From the NCBI GenBank assembly GCA_012959435.1, contig DUDF01000145.1, positions 1 through 63,912 on the forward strand: a stretch of DNA of 63,912 nt, written 5' to 3'. Numbering within the stretch: the stretch's first letter is position 1; each line of letters opens with the position of its first letter. This stretch comes from Candidatus Poseidoniales archaeon. GTDB taxonomy: Archaea; Thermoplasmatota; Poseidoniia; Poseidoniales; Thalassarchaeaceae. A program made the translations under genes and the position numbers. The notes beneath the pieces were generated by a model. The model searched no databases and was not told where the DNA came from. It was given only the letters and a program-made list of their open reading frames with translations. Below, piece by piece: positions 38,269-48,539 of the stretch.

Positions 38269-41200
38269 TTAACTTGATGGGGGGGGCTGTCCACCTGATT
38301 GATAATATTCTTGATATTGTTGTTGGTAGGCTTGCCACTGAGCCTCAGTCCACTGCTGAGATTGCTGTCCCGTAGGTTGCGGAACAGGTTGTTGAGAGGG
38401 CTGTTGTTGGGATGGATATTGTTGATTATTCACCTGTGGGACTTGTTGCTGATGATATCCAACCTGTTCTTGACCCCAAGTTTGCTGATTCTGATAATCA
38501 GGGGTTGGTGATTGAACTCCAGCCATTGCTTCAGATGGGCTAGCATAAGTGGATTCTGTTTTCTTATCATCTTCCCACTCATCGTCCCAATCATCCGTGC
38601 CGTCAAGAGACGATTCTGAGGAACCACCTGATCGTAAAGCCAATGAAACGGTAAGTGTGAGAATCAGTAATAGCACTGCAATAATGACTAACCAAGACAT
38701 TGGAACACCTTCAAGCACCCCTGAAAGTGCCTCGTCGTTACCTGTCTGTTTGATATTGATATGATTTCCTTCAAGTGAACTACCATCCTCTAGTGTGATT
38801 ACGACCCATCTCTCACCTTTTGTCTCTGGAATCCAATCAATATCGTAGGTTAATCTCTCATCGACCGGCACAACAACAGATATTGGAACTGGAGTTAGTG
38901 AACGATTCGCTCCATCTCTACCCACTTCATAAGCAAAGAATTTCATGCTGCCAGTAGCAAAACCGCTGTTTCTGAATTCTATCGTAACCATTGTTGTCTG
39001 GTCAATTTCAAGGTCACCACTTCGAGAATATGTGACTTGAGTTAATTCAATATCTGCCGCAAGGTGCTCAATATCCCATGATGCAAATGGTGAAGAACCG
39101 CTATTGAACAGTGTAGAAGACTGCATTCCATTACCTGCTAAGTCACTTCCTTTAACCCAAACTGACAAGACTAATGCATCCGAGAAAGAATCTTCAGGTA
39201 GACGACTTGCAACATCAAAAGTTGCGGAAGCAGCGATTGATTGCCCAACAGGTGAGCCAGACACATTCATAGGAGATGAACCTTCAATCAATGCCGCACC
39301 ATTTAGCGAACTAGCATAAGAAACTTTGAAGAAAAGTTGCAGAGAATCAAGATTGAGTTTTTCTTGTTCAGAAAGTCGTAACTCAATTCTAACTTCAGAT
39401 AAATCTGCTAAGAGAATATGTGTCCCTTCACGAGGTGCATCAATAGATACGGGCAAAGGTGGATTACTATCAACCTCTATCCAAAACAAGGTTTCGGTCG
39501 GATCAGTTGCATCTACAGCTTCTGGAGGAAGCCCTGTCAATTCAAAGGAAAGAGCGTGGCTTTTTGATTCGCTCGGCGCAGTAAGTTGAGACAAAAAGTA
39601 TCCATTTATGGTGGAAGTTACTAACCTCTGACCATCAAGTAGAATTGACACATCAAACGGTAAAGTAGGTGTTAAGCCAGTTTCCACAAAAGTCACTTGC
39701 CCTGAGATGTTTAATCCTGTACCTGGTTTCACCCAAACGCTTTGGTCAATTATTGTCCCACCTTCAGATTCCAAAAGTATGCTATCTGATGAAATTGCTA
39801 AATTAGGTGAGTAGCGCCATCGCAATTGTGGCAATTCTAACCATGATTCTGCTCCCCCCCTATCTCTAACAGTAATCGCAGGAGCACGCCGGAGGTCATT
39901 CTCAAGAGAAAGCCCCCAATCAAGAGTGAATTCCATGCGTAATTCCAATTCACTGCTGAAAGGTGTGATTTCACCAGTACGTGCATGGATATGACATGAA
40001 CTAACAATCAGATATTGTCCGGTGCCGTTGCATCGGTTTGTTGTCGCATTCCAAAGAACTTCTAATGAGTCAACAATTGAATTACTTGCGAGTTGAAATT
40101 GAACATAATCCAAATCAGCCAAACCATTTGGTTCATCGAATGGAATCACAATTTCATACAGTATTGCCGGATGTAACCAACTATGGTCACCATCAACGAA
40201 TCCACCTTGCCCAACTATCCAAGGCGCACCATCTTGTGCCAATTGGTAAGTGAATAGTTGCTCATCTACTCCTGGTCCACCACCACGAGTGATTTCATTT
40301 CCAGCAGCATCCGAACCACTGATGTAGCCAGCAACTATTCCCCCGTTAGGCCCATCAGTATCATCAAATGAAAATGAGTAATTACCTTGTGCTTGACTCG
40401 TGTTTGATGGACTCTGCATTGTATATTCAATGAATTCAGTGGCATTTGGATTACCATCAGCATTGAAATCATCAACCCAATCCCTCCATAACATCAGAGA
40501 AAGATCGTCTGGCAGTACTGGCCTATCATATATCTCTACCTTGATTAATTGGTTCAAAGAATGTTCTAGGTGGTCAAATTTACGAATGTTCTGATTAATG
40601 GCCATTGGCGCTAATGAGTCAATTTCATATGTCCTATTCAATGTGATTGAAGATGTATTTTCTTGTTGATACAAAGTGTAGGCATCTATCCTGTATTCTA
40701 CTGGTTGTGAACTAAGAGGTGTGTTTAGGCTAAAATCTATAGAGCCATTAACTAATGATGTGCTATTAGCAACTACCACACCATTTTCAAACACCCTAAC
40801 CGCCACATCTCCGGCTCTTGGGGCGAGCCATCGGTCAATTCCAGGGAACCCAAGGTCAACACTAATTGTAATAGGTGAGTTTGATTGAAGATACTGCCTA
40901 TTTGTAGGAATAGGATCACCGTGTTGGTTGTACATTTCCCACGAGACGACCTCCACATCATTCTCAATGGCCAAGTTTTGCCCAACTCCGAAAGCTTGCA
41001 ACTTCGGAACACTTCTTCTACCATCAATCAACACCAATCTGACTTTCATCGTCATACTTGGATCATCATCCCAGGATGCATTCAATCGGAACCTCATCAT
41101 ACTATCAACATCAGAACCGTTGATATTCATTTCACAACCATCACCCTGCTTCCACTGAACCATCTCTGCATCAACTGAACCGAGAACAATTGCTAGGGTG

Positions 41201-43527
41201 CCATCATTCTGACAAAGCATCCTGACTTGATGCATTGTTCCAATCAAATCCATCTGGACAGCGGCAACCGTTCCTGCAGGTGCAGTGTGTGTGGTACTAA
41301 CCTCAATCCATTGCCTAGATGGGGCAAGGGTAGTCGTACCATTCAAAATGGTCAACGAATCAGTGGTCATTTCATTACTATAATTTAGTGAAGTGATAGT
41401 TGCAATAAGGGAACCTGGATTACTCATTTGTACAGTAAGTGGGACAAATTTTGAGCCACCGGATATTGTACTATATGGTATCACATCATTAACAGCCCAA
41501 ACCATTCCATCCCCTGAATCATACGATAAGTAGGCGGTTGGATGGTGTACTGCTGCAATACCACCAAGTTGAACGCCACCATAATTACTAGTTACAGAAA
41601 ATACTGCTTGAACATACTCAATTCCAGTTTGAATCCCAGGAGATGGCCAAATTGATGTACTGTTTGTGAGCAAAGAATTGATGTCAATAATTTCTCCTGG
41701 CGTCATAACCACTAGGTTAACTGCACTAGTAGTACCAATTGCCCTACTCATCACTTCTGTGCCTGAAATAGTTAGGCTAGTAGAAAGATTTTCAACCCCT
41801 GAAGAAGATGGGGAAAGTGTGTAACTCATCGCATCAAGGCCATCTTTAGGTAACCAAACACCTATCTGCTTTGTACCGGATGTAGTCCAAGTAAAATCTT
41901 TCGAATAGGCACCGTCTGAAAGCCTATCTTGCCATCCCCATTTCCCAATACTAGGGTTGTCAATACTCCACTCAGTTATTCCATCTTCCCCAACATCTAT
42001 TCTTGGTAATTCAGGCATCCCGCCAGTATCAATTTGGATATCTATTTCCCTTAAGTCAGAAGATGATGAACTACCTGTCCAACGAAATTGTACTTTGTGG
42101 GAATAAGTAGACAGGGTTTGCCAGGTACCTTGAGGTGCATTAGCCCATGCGTTATCATTTATTTTCATCTGCCAAATACCAGAACCAGATGATGTTACAT
42201 CTGTCCGTATTCTTGAAATTGGCCGCCTTAATTCTAGAATTGGAGAATCAATAGTTCCACTGCCGGGGTAAGAGTTACCATCCCAATTCAGGCTTCCAGT
42301 CCACCCAGGATTTGAGTTAAATGATGACACGTATCTTCCTTGGACATGTACCCCATGAACAATTGGTGAACTAGCCCCAGTGGGCTGATTCAAATATAAT
42401 TTAATTCTTAATGTTTGGTGCTTTTCAGAGTCAATCCCACCTAAATCGTGAACATATGTGTTGATGTTCTCATAGCCCGGGATTGGCTGTTTCGAAATAC
42501 CATCAAGAATAGTCCAAGTAAGAGATGAGCCGGTTGGAACTGTTGCATCAATACTCATCAAACCATATGCGCCTTTTTGAGATTGTAATGAACCTGTGGC
42601 AGAGGGACCAAAAGCCGGAGAGGTCCAATTCGCTCCCGTTCCTAATCCAGCTCCTGCTGGTTTGAATTCAACATCATCAACATTCCAACCGGTGTATGTG
42701 ACCGAACCATCAGTTCTTCCAAGTTTGAATCGAACCTGAAGATTAGAGTTTCCATTAACATGACTTGAGATATCGTGAGACATTTGCGTCCAAGTGCTCG
42801 GGTTTACTGAACCTCCGCTCCAATCCCAAACCGTCACCCAACTCCCTTGTTGATTTTTAACATGGACTTGGGCGTCATCATAGTAATATGATTCAATACC
42901 CAAACGCTTCCAGTACTTCAATTGCCAACTACCTGAGCAAGAACTGCAATCAACAACCGGTGATGTCGCAAAATATCCTGAAGAAGGGACATTATTTGGG
43001 TAATTTCCATTGTATGTGTAAATCGCTTTGGTCCCAGCATGAACGCCACCGTTTTGACCTAGGCTTGAATCATATCCCCAATACCAACCTGTACCCATTG
43101 TCCAACCTGAAGCAGCGAATGCGGCGCTATTTGGATATTCAAAATCCCAACCAATTTCCCTTGGTTGGACCTTCATTCCTTCTGTGCCATTGAAATTAAC
43201 ACCATCCGTAATGGATCCAGACATATTCCAATCTGAAACCGAATCCCATGAAACCGACTCTGTCCGAGGTAAAATGTGGGGTCCAAGTGAAAGGCCAAGT
43301 CCCGTAACGGCATGGTCAACTGGGACTTCTAATTGCAACGCATTTGAGGTGCCATCAGGGTGACTAACCACAGAAACAGTAGTTGGTGCATTCAATCCAG
43401 TCTCCATATTTTTGACGGCACCTGGAAGAGTTGTGGGTTCAATCAACAATGGTGCCAAAGAAGATATGACAAAAATTAGGAAAAGAAATGCGGCGGGAAG
43501 ACAGGGCCTTGGACTACGCCGCATCAT
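38269..43527 (-). CDS. Giant (1752 aa) secreted surface protein with jelly-roll/Ig-like domains, C-terminal TM and Q/P-rich cytoplasmic tail
   Basis: Signal peptide; W....TSPVVDC...GWNVDDV jelly-roll-like module; TM near the C-terminus, then an acidic and Gln-rich tail. Confidence 0.8.
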   Translation of the reverse strand: MMRRSPRPCLPAAFLFLIFVISSLAPLLIEPTTLPGAVKNMETGLNAPTTVSVVSHPDGTSNALQLEVPVDHAVTGLGLSLGPHILPRTESVSWDSVSDWNMSGSITDGVNFNGTEGMKVQPREIGWDFEYPNSAAFAASGWTMGTGWYWGYDSSLGQNGGVHAGTKAIYTYNGNYPNNVPSSGYFATSPVVDCSSCSGSWQLKYWKRLGIESYYYDDAQVHVKNQQGSWVTVWDWSGGSVNPSTWTQMSHDISSHVNGNSNLQVRFKLGRTDGSVTYTGWNVDDVEFKPAGAGLGTGANWTSPAFGPSATGSLQSQKGAYGLMSIDATVPTGSSLTWTILDGISKQPIPGYENINTYVHDLGGIDSEKHQTLRIKLYLNQPTGASSPIVHGVHVQGRYVSSFNSNPGWTGSLNWDGNSYPGSGTIDSPILELRRPISRIRTDVTSSGSGIWQMKINDNAWANAPQGTWQTLSTYSHKVQFRWTGSSSSSDLREIDIQIDTGGMPELPRIDVGEDGITEWSIDNPSIGKWGWQDRLSDGAYSKDFTWTTSGTKQIGVWLPKDGLDAMSYTLSPSSSGVENLSTSLTISGTEVMSRAIGTTSAVNLVVMTPGEIIDINSLLTNSTSIWPSPGIQTGIEYVQAVFSVTSNYGGVQLGGIAAVHHPTAYLSYDSGDGMVWAVNDVIPYSTISGGSKFVPLTVQMSNPGSLIATITSLNYSNEMTTDSLTILNGTTTLAPSRQWIEVSTTHTAPAGTVAAVQMDLIGTMHQVRMLCQNDGTLAIVLGSVDAEMVQWKQGDGCEMNINGSDVDSMMRFRLNASWDDDPSMTMKVRLVLIDGRRSVPKLQAFGVGQNLAIENDVEVVSWEMYNQHGDPIPTNRQYLQSNSPITISVDLGFPGIDRWLAPRAGDVAVRVFENGVVVANSTSLVNGSIDFSLNTPLSSQPVEYRIDAYTLYQQENTSSITLNRTYEIDSLAPMAINQNIRKFDHLEHSLNQLIKVEIYDRPVLPDDLSLMLWRDWVDDFNADGNPNATEFIEYTMQSPSNTSQAQGNYSFSFDDTDGPNGGIVAGYISGSDAAGNEITRGGGPGVDEQLFTYQLAQDGAPWIVGQGGFVDGDHSWLHPAILYEIVIPFDEPNGLADLDYVQFQLASNSIVDSLEVLWNATTNRCNGTGQYLIVSSCHIHARTGEITPFSSELELRMEFTLDWGLSLENDLRRAPAITVRDRGGAESWLELPQLRWRYSPNLAISSDSILLESEGGTIIDQSVWVKPGTGLNISGQVTFVETGLTPTLPFDVSILLDGQRLVTSTINGYFLSQLTAPSESKSHALSFELTGLPPEAVDATDPTETLFWIEVDSNPPLPVSIDAPREGTHILLADLSEVRIELRLSEQEKLNLDSLQLFFKVSYASSLNGAALIEGSSPMNVSGSPVGQSIAASATFDVASRLPEDSFSDALVLSVWVKGSDLAGNGMQSSTLFNSGSSPFASWDIEHLAADIELTQVTYSRSGDLEIDQTTMVTIEFRNSGFATGSMKFFAYEVGRDGANRSLTPVPISVVVPVDERLTYDIDWIPETKGERWVVITLEDGSSLEGNHINIKQTGNDEALSGVLEGVPMSWLVIIAVLLLILTLTVSLALRSGGSSESSLDGTDDWDDEWEDDKKTESTYASPSEAMAGVQSPTPDYQNQQTWGQEQVGYHQQQVPQVNNQQYPSQQQPSQQPVPQPTGQQSQQWTEAQWQAYQQQYQEYYQSGGQPPPSS

Positions 43528-43641
43528 GTTCAGAGAACATGGTTAGGTTTGTCAATGATTCGGCGGAAGGTTACAGACCATTCAGGCATGTTTTAGCCCA
43601 AAATGATATGCTCCCCCCGCCCACCGGGGGGTTTGAGAGCA

Positions 43642-44343
43642 ATGGATGAGGTTGAGGCGGCTAAACAATCTGCAGGCATTGCAGCCTGCGATTTTGTGAC
43701 GAGTGGAATGGATGTAGGACTTGGTACTGGGTCAACAGTAAAACACACCGTGATTGAACTAGGCAGAAGGATGGCTGAAGAAGGGCTGGATATTCGAGGA
43801 GTCCCTACTAGCATTGAAACAGAAAAATTGGCTAGAAGTCTTGGGATCCCACTACTTGAATGGGACCAAGTTGGACGCTTGTCAGTAACTATAGACGGGG
43901 CAGATGAGTTCGATTCTAAATTTCATTTAATCAAAGGCGGAGGTGGTGCCCTCACCCGAGAAAAGATTGTTGCACAAGTGTCAGATTCAATGGTTGTCGT
44001 GACAGACCCGCGCAAAGATGTACCTACTTTAGGAGAATTTCCTTTGCCTGTTGAAGTCGTTCAATTCGGTTGGGAAATCACCTCTAGACACTTGCAAAAT
44101 CTCTGCCCCGGACCAGCAACTAGACGAGGTGGTGATCAACCTTTAATCACCGACAATGGGAATTTCATCATTGATTGCAAGTTCGGCCCTACAATTTCTG
44201 ACCCTGTAGCCCTTGAAGCACAGATTCGTGGTGTTGCTGGAGTTGTCGAAGTCGGGCTATTCACAAACATGGCAGATGTGGTCATCATCGGTTCAAACGC
44301 TGGAACTGAAGTGAGAATCAAACCCAACGGTAGACTGTCTTGA
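43642..44343 (+). CDS. rpiA: Ribose-5-phosphate isomerase A
   Basis: GLGTGST, DGADE, KGGGGALTREK and TDNGN motifs. Confidence 0.96.
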   Translation: MDEVEAAKQSAGIAACDFVTSGMDVGLGTGSTVKHTVIELGRRMAEEGLDIRGVPTSIETEKLARSLGIPLLEWDQVGRLSVTIDGADEFDSKFHLIKGGGGALTREKIVAQVSDSMVVVTDPRKDVPTLGEFPLPVEVVQFGWEITSRHLQNLCPGPATRRGGDQPLITDNGNFIIDCKFGPTISDPVALEAQIRGVAGVVEVGLFTNMADVVIIGSNAGTEVRIKPNGRLS

Positions 44344-44391
44344 TTTCCTACATCCGTTTCCGTCAAATAGGGGTGGCACGCCCGGCAAGGC

Positions 44392-44468
44392 GGGCCACTA
44401 GCTTAGTCAGGTAGAGCGACGGACTCTTAATCCGTCGGTCGCGGGTTCGAACCCCGTGTGGCCCGCCA
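44392..44468 (+). tRNA. tRNA-Lys(CTT), CCA encoded
   Basis: Acceptor GGGCCAC/GTGGCCC, anticodon arm ACGGA-CT-CTT-AA-TCCGT, 3' GCCA. Confidence 0.96.
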
Positions 44469-44506
44469 AATTACTGATTTGAAAATAACCAGTTCAAAAG
44501 TTGGAC

Positions 44507-45496
44507 TCATTCTGTTATGGTGGTCCCAGCAGCCCCTCGCATTGTTTCGATGACATCACCTGGTTGGCATAGAGATACAGACATTTCAGAGCCATTTTGT
44601 TTGGCAAATAGCATGGCTTCAATCTTTGGCCCCATACTCCCAACTGGAAATTGTCCGTCCTCTAGATATTGGTTGGCTTCGGAAATTGACATGGTGGTTA
44701 TATTACGCTCATTATCACTACCGAAATCTAATTTCACCGAATCTATTGCAGTTGAAATAAATAGAAAGTCAGCATTTAATGACACAGCCAACAGAGCGCT
44801 TACTCGGTCCTTATCAATCACGGCTTCAACTCCTTGTATACCCCTCTTACTAGAAACCACAGGAATCCCACCTCCACCAGCACATAATACCACTGCACCA
44901 GCAGAAATCAGAGTCTCTATCGCATCTGAATCAATTATTGAAATTGGCTTTGGCGATGCAACAACGCGGCGTGGTCCTGCATCAGCATTAGTAATTCCAA
45001 TTTCCCAATTACTTGGAACAGTATCTAAATCATCAATGATTGGGCCAATGGGTTTTGTTGGCGAATTAAATGCAGAGTCATTTGCATCAACTTCAACCCG
45101 CGTAAGTAAAGTCACAACCTGTTCATGCCTACCTCTTGCACGTAGGATGTTCTCAAGATTAGTAGCAATCTCATGCCCAAGAGTTCCTTGAGTTGCCGCT
45201 ACCCAATTGTCTAGGCCGAGTGGTTGTGGTGTGAAATTTGATGAGGTACCTCTTCTACGATCAAAAAGCGATTCTTCCATTAACAACAATTCACCAACCT
45301 GTGGACCGTTGCCATGTGTTAGAACAACTCGGATACCGGCCTCTAATAGGTCAACTACATCCTCGAGGACATCATTCATAATTTCCTCCGCTGCACTACG
45401 CGCCTCCGCCCCCTTTAGAGCAGGGTCTGAGAGTGCATTTCCACCAACCGCGTAGACCGCTAATCGGGAAGATGACCTCGGTGGGATATCAGTCAT
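44507..45496 (-). CDS. arcC: Carbamate kinase
   Basis: AVGGNAL, THGNGPQVG, PTKPIGP, RRVVASP, GGGGIPV, EAVIDKD and GSMGPK motifs. Confidence 0.94.
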   Translation of the reverse strand: MTDIPPRSSSRLAVYAVGGNALSDPALKGAEARSAAEEIMNDVLEDVVDLLEAGIRVVLTHGNGPQVGELLLMEESLFDRRRGTSSNFTPQPLGLDNWVAATQGTLGHEIATNLENILRARGRHEQVVTLLTRVEVDANDSAFNSPTKPIGPIIDDLDTVPSNWEIGITNADAGPRRVVASPKPISIIDSDAIETLISAGAVVLCAGGGGIPVVSSKRGIQGVEAVIDKDRVSALLAVSLNADFLFISTAIDSVKLDFGSDNERNITTMSISEANQYLEDGQFPVGSMGPKIEAMLFAKQNGSEMSVSLCQPGDVIETMRGAAGTTITE

Positions 45497-45591
45497 GGAG
45501 AACTTAGGCCATGCTACTCACGAATAGATGTATTCCGCCGTTGTAAGGGCTCGGTTAAAATGGAAGTAGTGATTCGCAAAGCCAAGGGTGG

Positions 45592-46929
45592 TTGACTGTG
45601 GCCAAAGATGTGTGGATTGGTGATGTACATGATGGCACCTATGATGGCAAAGAAGTTGAGTTGAAAGGATGGGTGCATCGGACCCGTGGTTCAAACAATA
45701 TCTGGTTCCTTGTATTACGTGATTCTACTGGGATTATTCAGTGTGTAATCAAGAGAAATGATGTTGGCGATGATTGTTTTGAAAATTTGAAAAGCGCATT
45801 GATTGAAGCGAGTGTGACTATCACCGGTAAAATCAATGTCGATGAAAGAGCCCCTGGTGGCCATGAAATGGTGGTTACAGGTGGCCAAATTATCGGGGCT
45901 GTGAATGCTGACCGCCCATTTCCAATTACTGAGTCAGCGATGGAAGGTGCTGAAGGCGGGGAAACCGAATTCTTGTTGGACAACCGCCATCTCTATCTGA
46001 GAACTAATCGAATGACAACAATGTTGAAAATCCGTTCTTCGGTTTTTGGAGCCATTCATTCTTACTTTAGGGAACTCGACTTTATTGAGTATCACGCACC
46101 AAATTTTGTTGCTGGCGCTGTTGAAGGCGGTTCAACTCTGTTTGAAGTCCCATATTTTGGGCGAAAGGCGTATCTCACCCAATCATGGCAACTATACGCC
46201 GAAGCGGCAATGCCTGCGCTTGAAAGACTATACACGATTGCACCATCATTCCGAGCTGAAAAAAGTAGGACTAGACGCCACTTGACAGAATTTTGGCATG
46301 CTGAAATGGAAATTGCTTGGGGAGGTAATGCAGATATTATGGAGCATGGAGAGTCGTTAGTCCGTAACATCGCCTCGACCTTACTTGACGAACGCTCTGA
46401 TGAATTGCAAACCCTTGGCAGAGATTTAGACCTCGTTGCACGATATGCTGACAATCCTTATCCAAGAATTAGATACGATGAAGCAGTTGAAACACTACAA
46501 GGAATGGGTGTTGATATTGAATGGGGACAAGATTTGGATTATTCGAAAGAAAAAATTCTAACCCAAGATTTTGATGTGCCTCATTTCCTCACACACTACC
46601 CTAGAATTGCAAAGCCGTTCTACCATCGGCCGGACCCAGATGACCCGAAGTATGTCCTATGCCATGATCTCCTAGCACCCGAAGGTTATGGAGAGATAAT
46701 CGGAGGAGGCGAGCGCACCTGGAGTGAAAAAGAGATTCTCGAGCGCATCGATGAGGAAGGAACTCCACGCGATGCATACGAATTTTACATTGACGTGCGA
46801 CGATATGGTGGCGTTCCACACGGTGGATTTGGACTGGGTGTTGACAGAGTATGCTCTTGGTTAGCAGGTGCAGACCATATCCGTGAAGTGATCCCTTTTC
46901 CACGCGACTCACGAAGAGTCACACCTTGA
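45592..46929 (+). CDS. asnS: Asparagine--tRNA ligase (class IIb)
   Basis: OB anticodon domain, YLTQSWQLY, FRAEKSRTRRHLTEFW and PHGGFGLG motifs. Confidence 0.85.
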   Translation: MTVAKDVWIGDVHDGTYDGKEVELKGWVHRTRGSNNIWFLVLRDSTGIIQCVIKRNDVGDDCFENLKSALIEASVTITGKINVDERAPGGHEMVVTGGQIIGAVNADRPFPITESAMEGAEGGETEFLLDNRHLYLRTNRMTTMLKIRSSVFGAIHSYFRELDFIEYHAPNFVAGAVEGGSTLFEVPYFGRKAYLTQSWQLYAEAAMPALERLYTIAPSFRAEKSRTRRHLTEFWHAEMEIAWGGNADIMEHGESLVRNIASTLLDERSDELQTLGRDLDLVARYADNPYPRIRYDEAVETLQGMGVDIEWGQDLDYSKEKILTQDFDVPHFLTHYPRIAKPFYHRPDPDDPKYVLCHDLLAPEGYGEIIGGGERTWSEKEILERIDEEGTPRDAYEFYIDVRRYGGVPHGGFGLGVDRVCSWLAGADHIREVIPFPRDSRRVTP

Positions 46930-46962
46930 GAGTTAAGACATAAACAACTTGATTTTAGGTTG

Positions 46963-47259
46963 TCACATTAGAGGCGAGTCGAACCCTTCATCTAACGGGT
47001 CTGGTAAAGCAGACTCTGACAACTGAGAACTGCTGGATGTTGTTTGTTCAGTTTTGAAAGATGTGACTGACTCATGTTTTTCATTGGATTCTGGTGCTGA
47101 TAATACAATAAAACTGAACATCCCAATAAACAAAATCAGTAAAACGGCAAATGCCTCTTGAGATATTCCACCAGCATCTTGAGTTTTCAATGCAACTACT
47201 AGCAACATTAGGCAGACAACAAGCAAGGCTGGTGCGAGGCGGCGCCACTGCATAAGCAA
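46963..47259 (-). CDS. Small two-TM membrane protein
   Basis: Two hydrophobic helices and a C-terminal LPDPLDEGFDSPLM. Confidence 0.65.
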   Translation of the reverse strand: MLMQWRRLAPALLVVCLMLLVVALKTQDAGGISQEAFAVLLILFIGMFSFIVLSAPESNEKHESVTSFKTEQTTSSSSQLSESALPDPLDEGFDSPLM

Positions 47260-47304
47260 CCGATTCGCCGGCCACTTGATGAACCCAACCCATCTGCGAC
47301 TCTC

Positions 47305-47946
47305 ATGGACTTCAATGTTGATACAGGGCGCAGACGAGCAGAGGGCTCCTGTACTGGTTGGTTGATGACATCAGTAGCACCATGGGGTGATACAAAAGAA
47401 GATGCTTTTGACCAATGTTTAGTTGAATTAGGCCTTGGTGATTCAAGACTCATACGCATGGAAGGTGCAATGCTGCCAATGGGATTTGAACCATCACCTC
47501 CAGAAGATCTTGCAATGGGTTCTCTTGTGGAATGCCATATTGCGGAGTCATACACATACAATGGAGGCATAGCATCAGCAGGTGTTGCATGGGCACAATG
47601 CGTCACTCCTGAAGGTGACGAATGTTCAATCGTTGCAACACTATCAACTGACCAATCATACGAAGAAACAGAATTGATGCTCAAAATGAATTTGAAGCGG
47701 AAATTGGCATCTCGTGACCTTGAAGTGGTAAAACATGAAATCGCGGTTGATGAAGTAAATGCGGCTAAGGACCACCATGGTTGTGCTCTAGCAGCACTAA
47801 TCTTACCAGACACCATGCAGATGCAATCGGGACCTGTTGGAAGGGTCAGAGGCGGACTCACGAAGAGTGCTGATGCAGGTTTCACTCCAGGTGCTGGAGC
47901 GAGCCGCCCCTCAAAAAGAACGAATAGCGGTGACTTCTCTTTCTAA
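47305..47946 (+). CDS. Pyruvoyl-dependent arginine decarboxylase homolog (divergent)
   Basis: AFDQCL..LGLGD.RLI....MLP, IASAGVAWA and HHGCALAALI match the PvlArgDC pattern; the Ser-Ser cleavage site is absent. Confidence 0.7.
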   Translation: MDFNVDTGRRRAEGSCTGWLMTSVAPWGDTKEDAFDQCLVELGLGDSRLIRMEGAMLPMGFEPSPPEDLAMGSLVECHIAESYTYNGGIASAGVAWAQCVTPEGDECSIVATLSTDQSYEETELMLKMNLKRKLASRDLEVVKHEIAVDEVNAAKDHHGCALAALILPDTMQMQSGPVGRVRGGLTKSADAGFTPGAGASRPSKRTNSGDFSF

Positions 47947-47962
47947 TTATGAGGACCCGTTA

Positions 47963-48412
47963 ATGACTGAAGAACCGCGAGTATTTTTGGTAATTCGTTG
48001 CATATCTTGTGAGCGGCATTTTGGTAGTTTAAGAAATGACAAATCATTCTTATGCCCGGGATGTGGTGAGCATGGAGAATACCCCGTAGTTGGGCGCGCA
48101 AAAAATAGTGGAGACCTTAGGGAAAAGGTATCTCTTGCCAATGTACCTCCAGAACTAAGGGATGAAATGAAGCGGAAAATCAAGGCAGATGATTATCAAG
48201 ATTACCAAGAAGATAGTGCCTCTGCACCTGCTCTGCTAAAACTTCTGAGTAACCTAGTTGACGAGGATGGAAAGCTCAACATTGCCACAGTTCAAAATGA
48301 GTTGAATAGAAGACGGATAGTGCTACCTGATGCTCAAGAATTGATTGATATGGCAGAATCTCAAGGATTACTAATGCGTGATACCACAACGGAATGGAAG
48401 TGGCTTGAATAA
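47963..48412 (+). CDS. Zinc-finger hypothetical protein with a C-terminal winged-helix-like region
   Basis: VIRCISC...CPGCG. Confidence 0.7.
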   Translation: MTEEPRVFLVIRCISCERHFGSLRNDKSFLCPGCGEHGEYPVVGRAKNSGDLREKVSLANVPPELRDEMKRKIKADDYQDYQEDSASAPALLKLLSNLVDEDGKLNIATVQNELNRRRIVLPDAQELIDMAESQGLLMRDTTTEWKWLE

Positions 48413-48450
48413 ATAGGTTCTTGAAAGGTAGGCAGGTCGAAGCGTTGTTG

Positions 48451-48525
48451 GGGCCCGTGGGTTAGCCTGGCCTATGCTTGGGCGTTTGGGACGCTTAGAC
48501 TCCGGTTCAAATCCGGACGGGCCCA
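48451..48525 (+). tRNA. tRNA-Pro(TGG)
   Basis: Acceptor GGGCCCG/CGGGCCC, anticodon arm GGGCG-TT-TGG-GA-CGCTT, T-arm TCCGG-TTCAAAT-CCGGA. Confidence 0.94.
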
Positions 48526-48539
48526 TCTCTATTTTGTAT

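Noticed and set aside
44517..45191. 224-aa ORF antisense to carbamate kinase, and similar antisense ORFs at 47208-47885 and 58416-59027
   Set aside because: Fully overlapped by well-supported genes on the other strand; no recognisable motifs.
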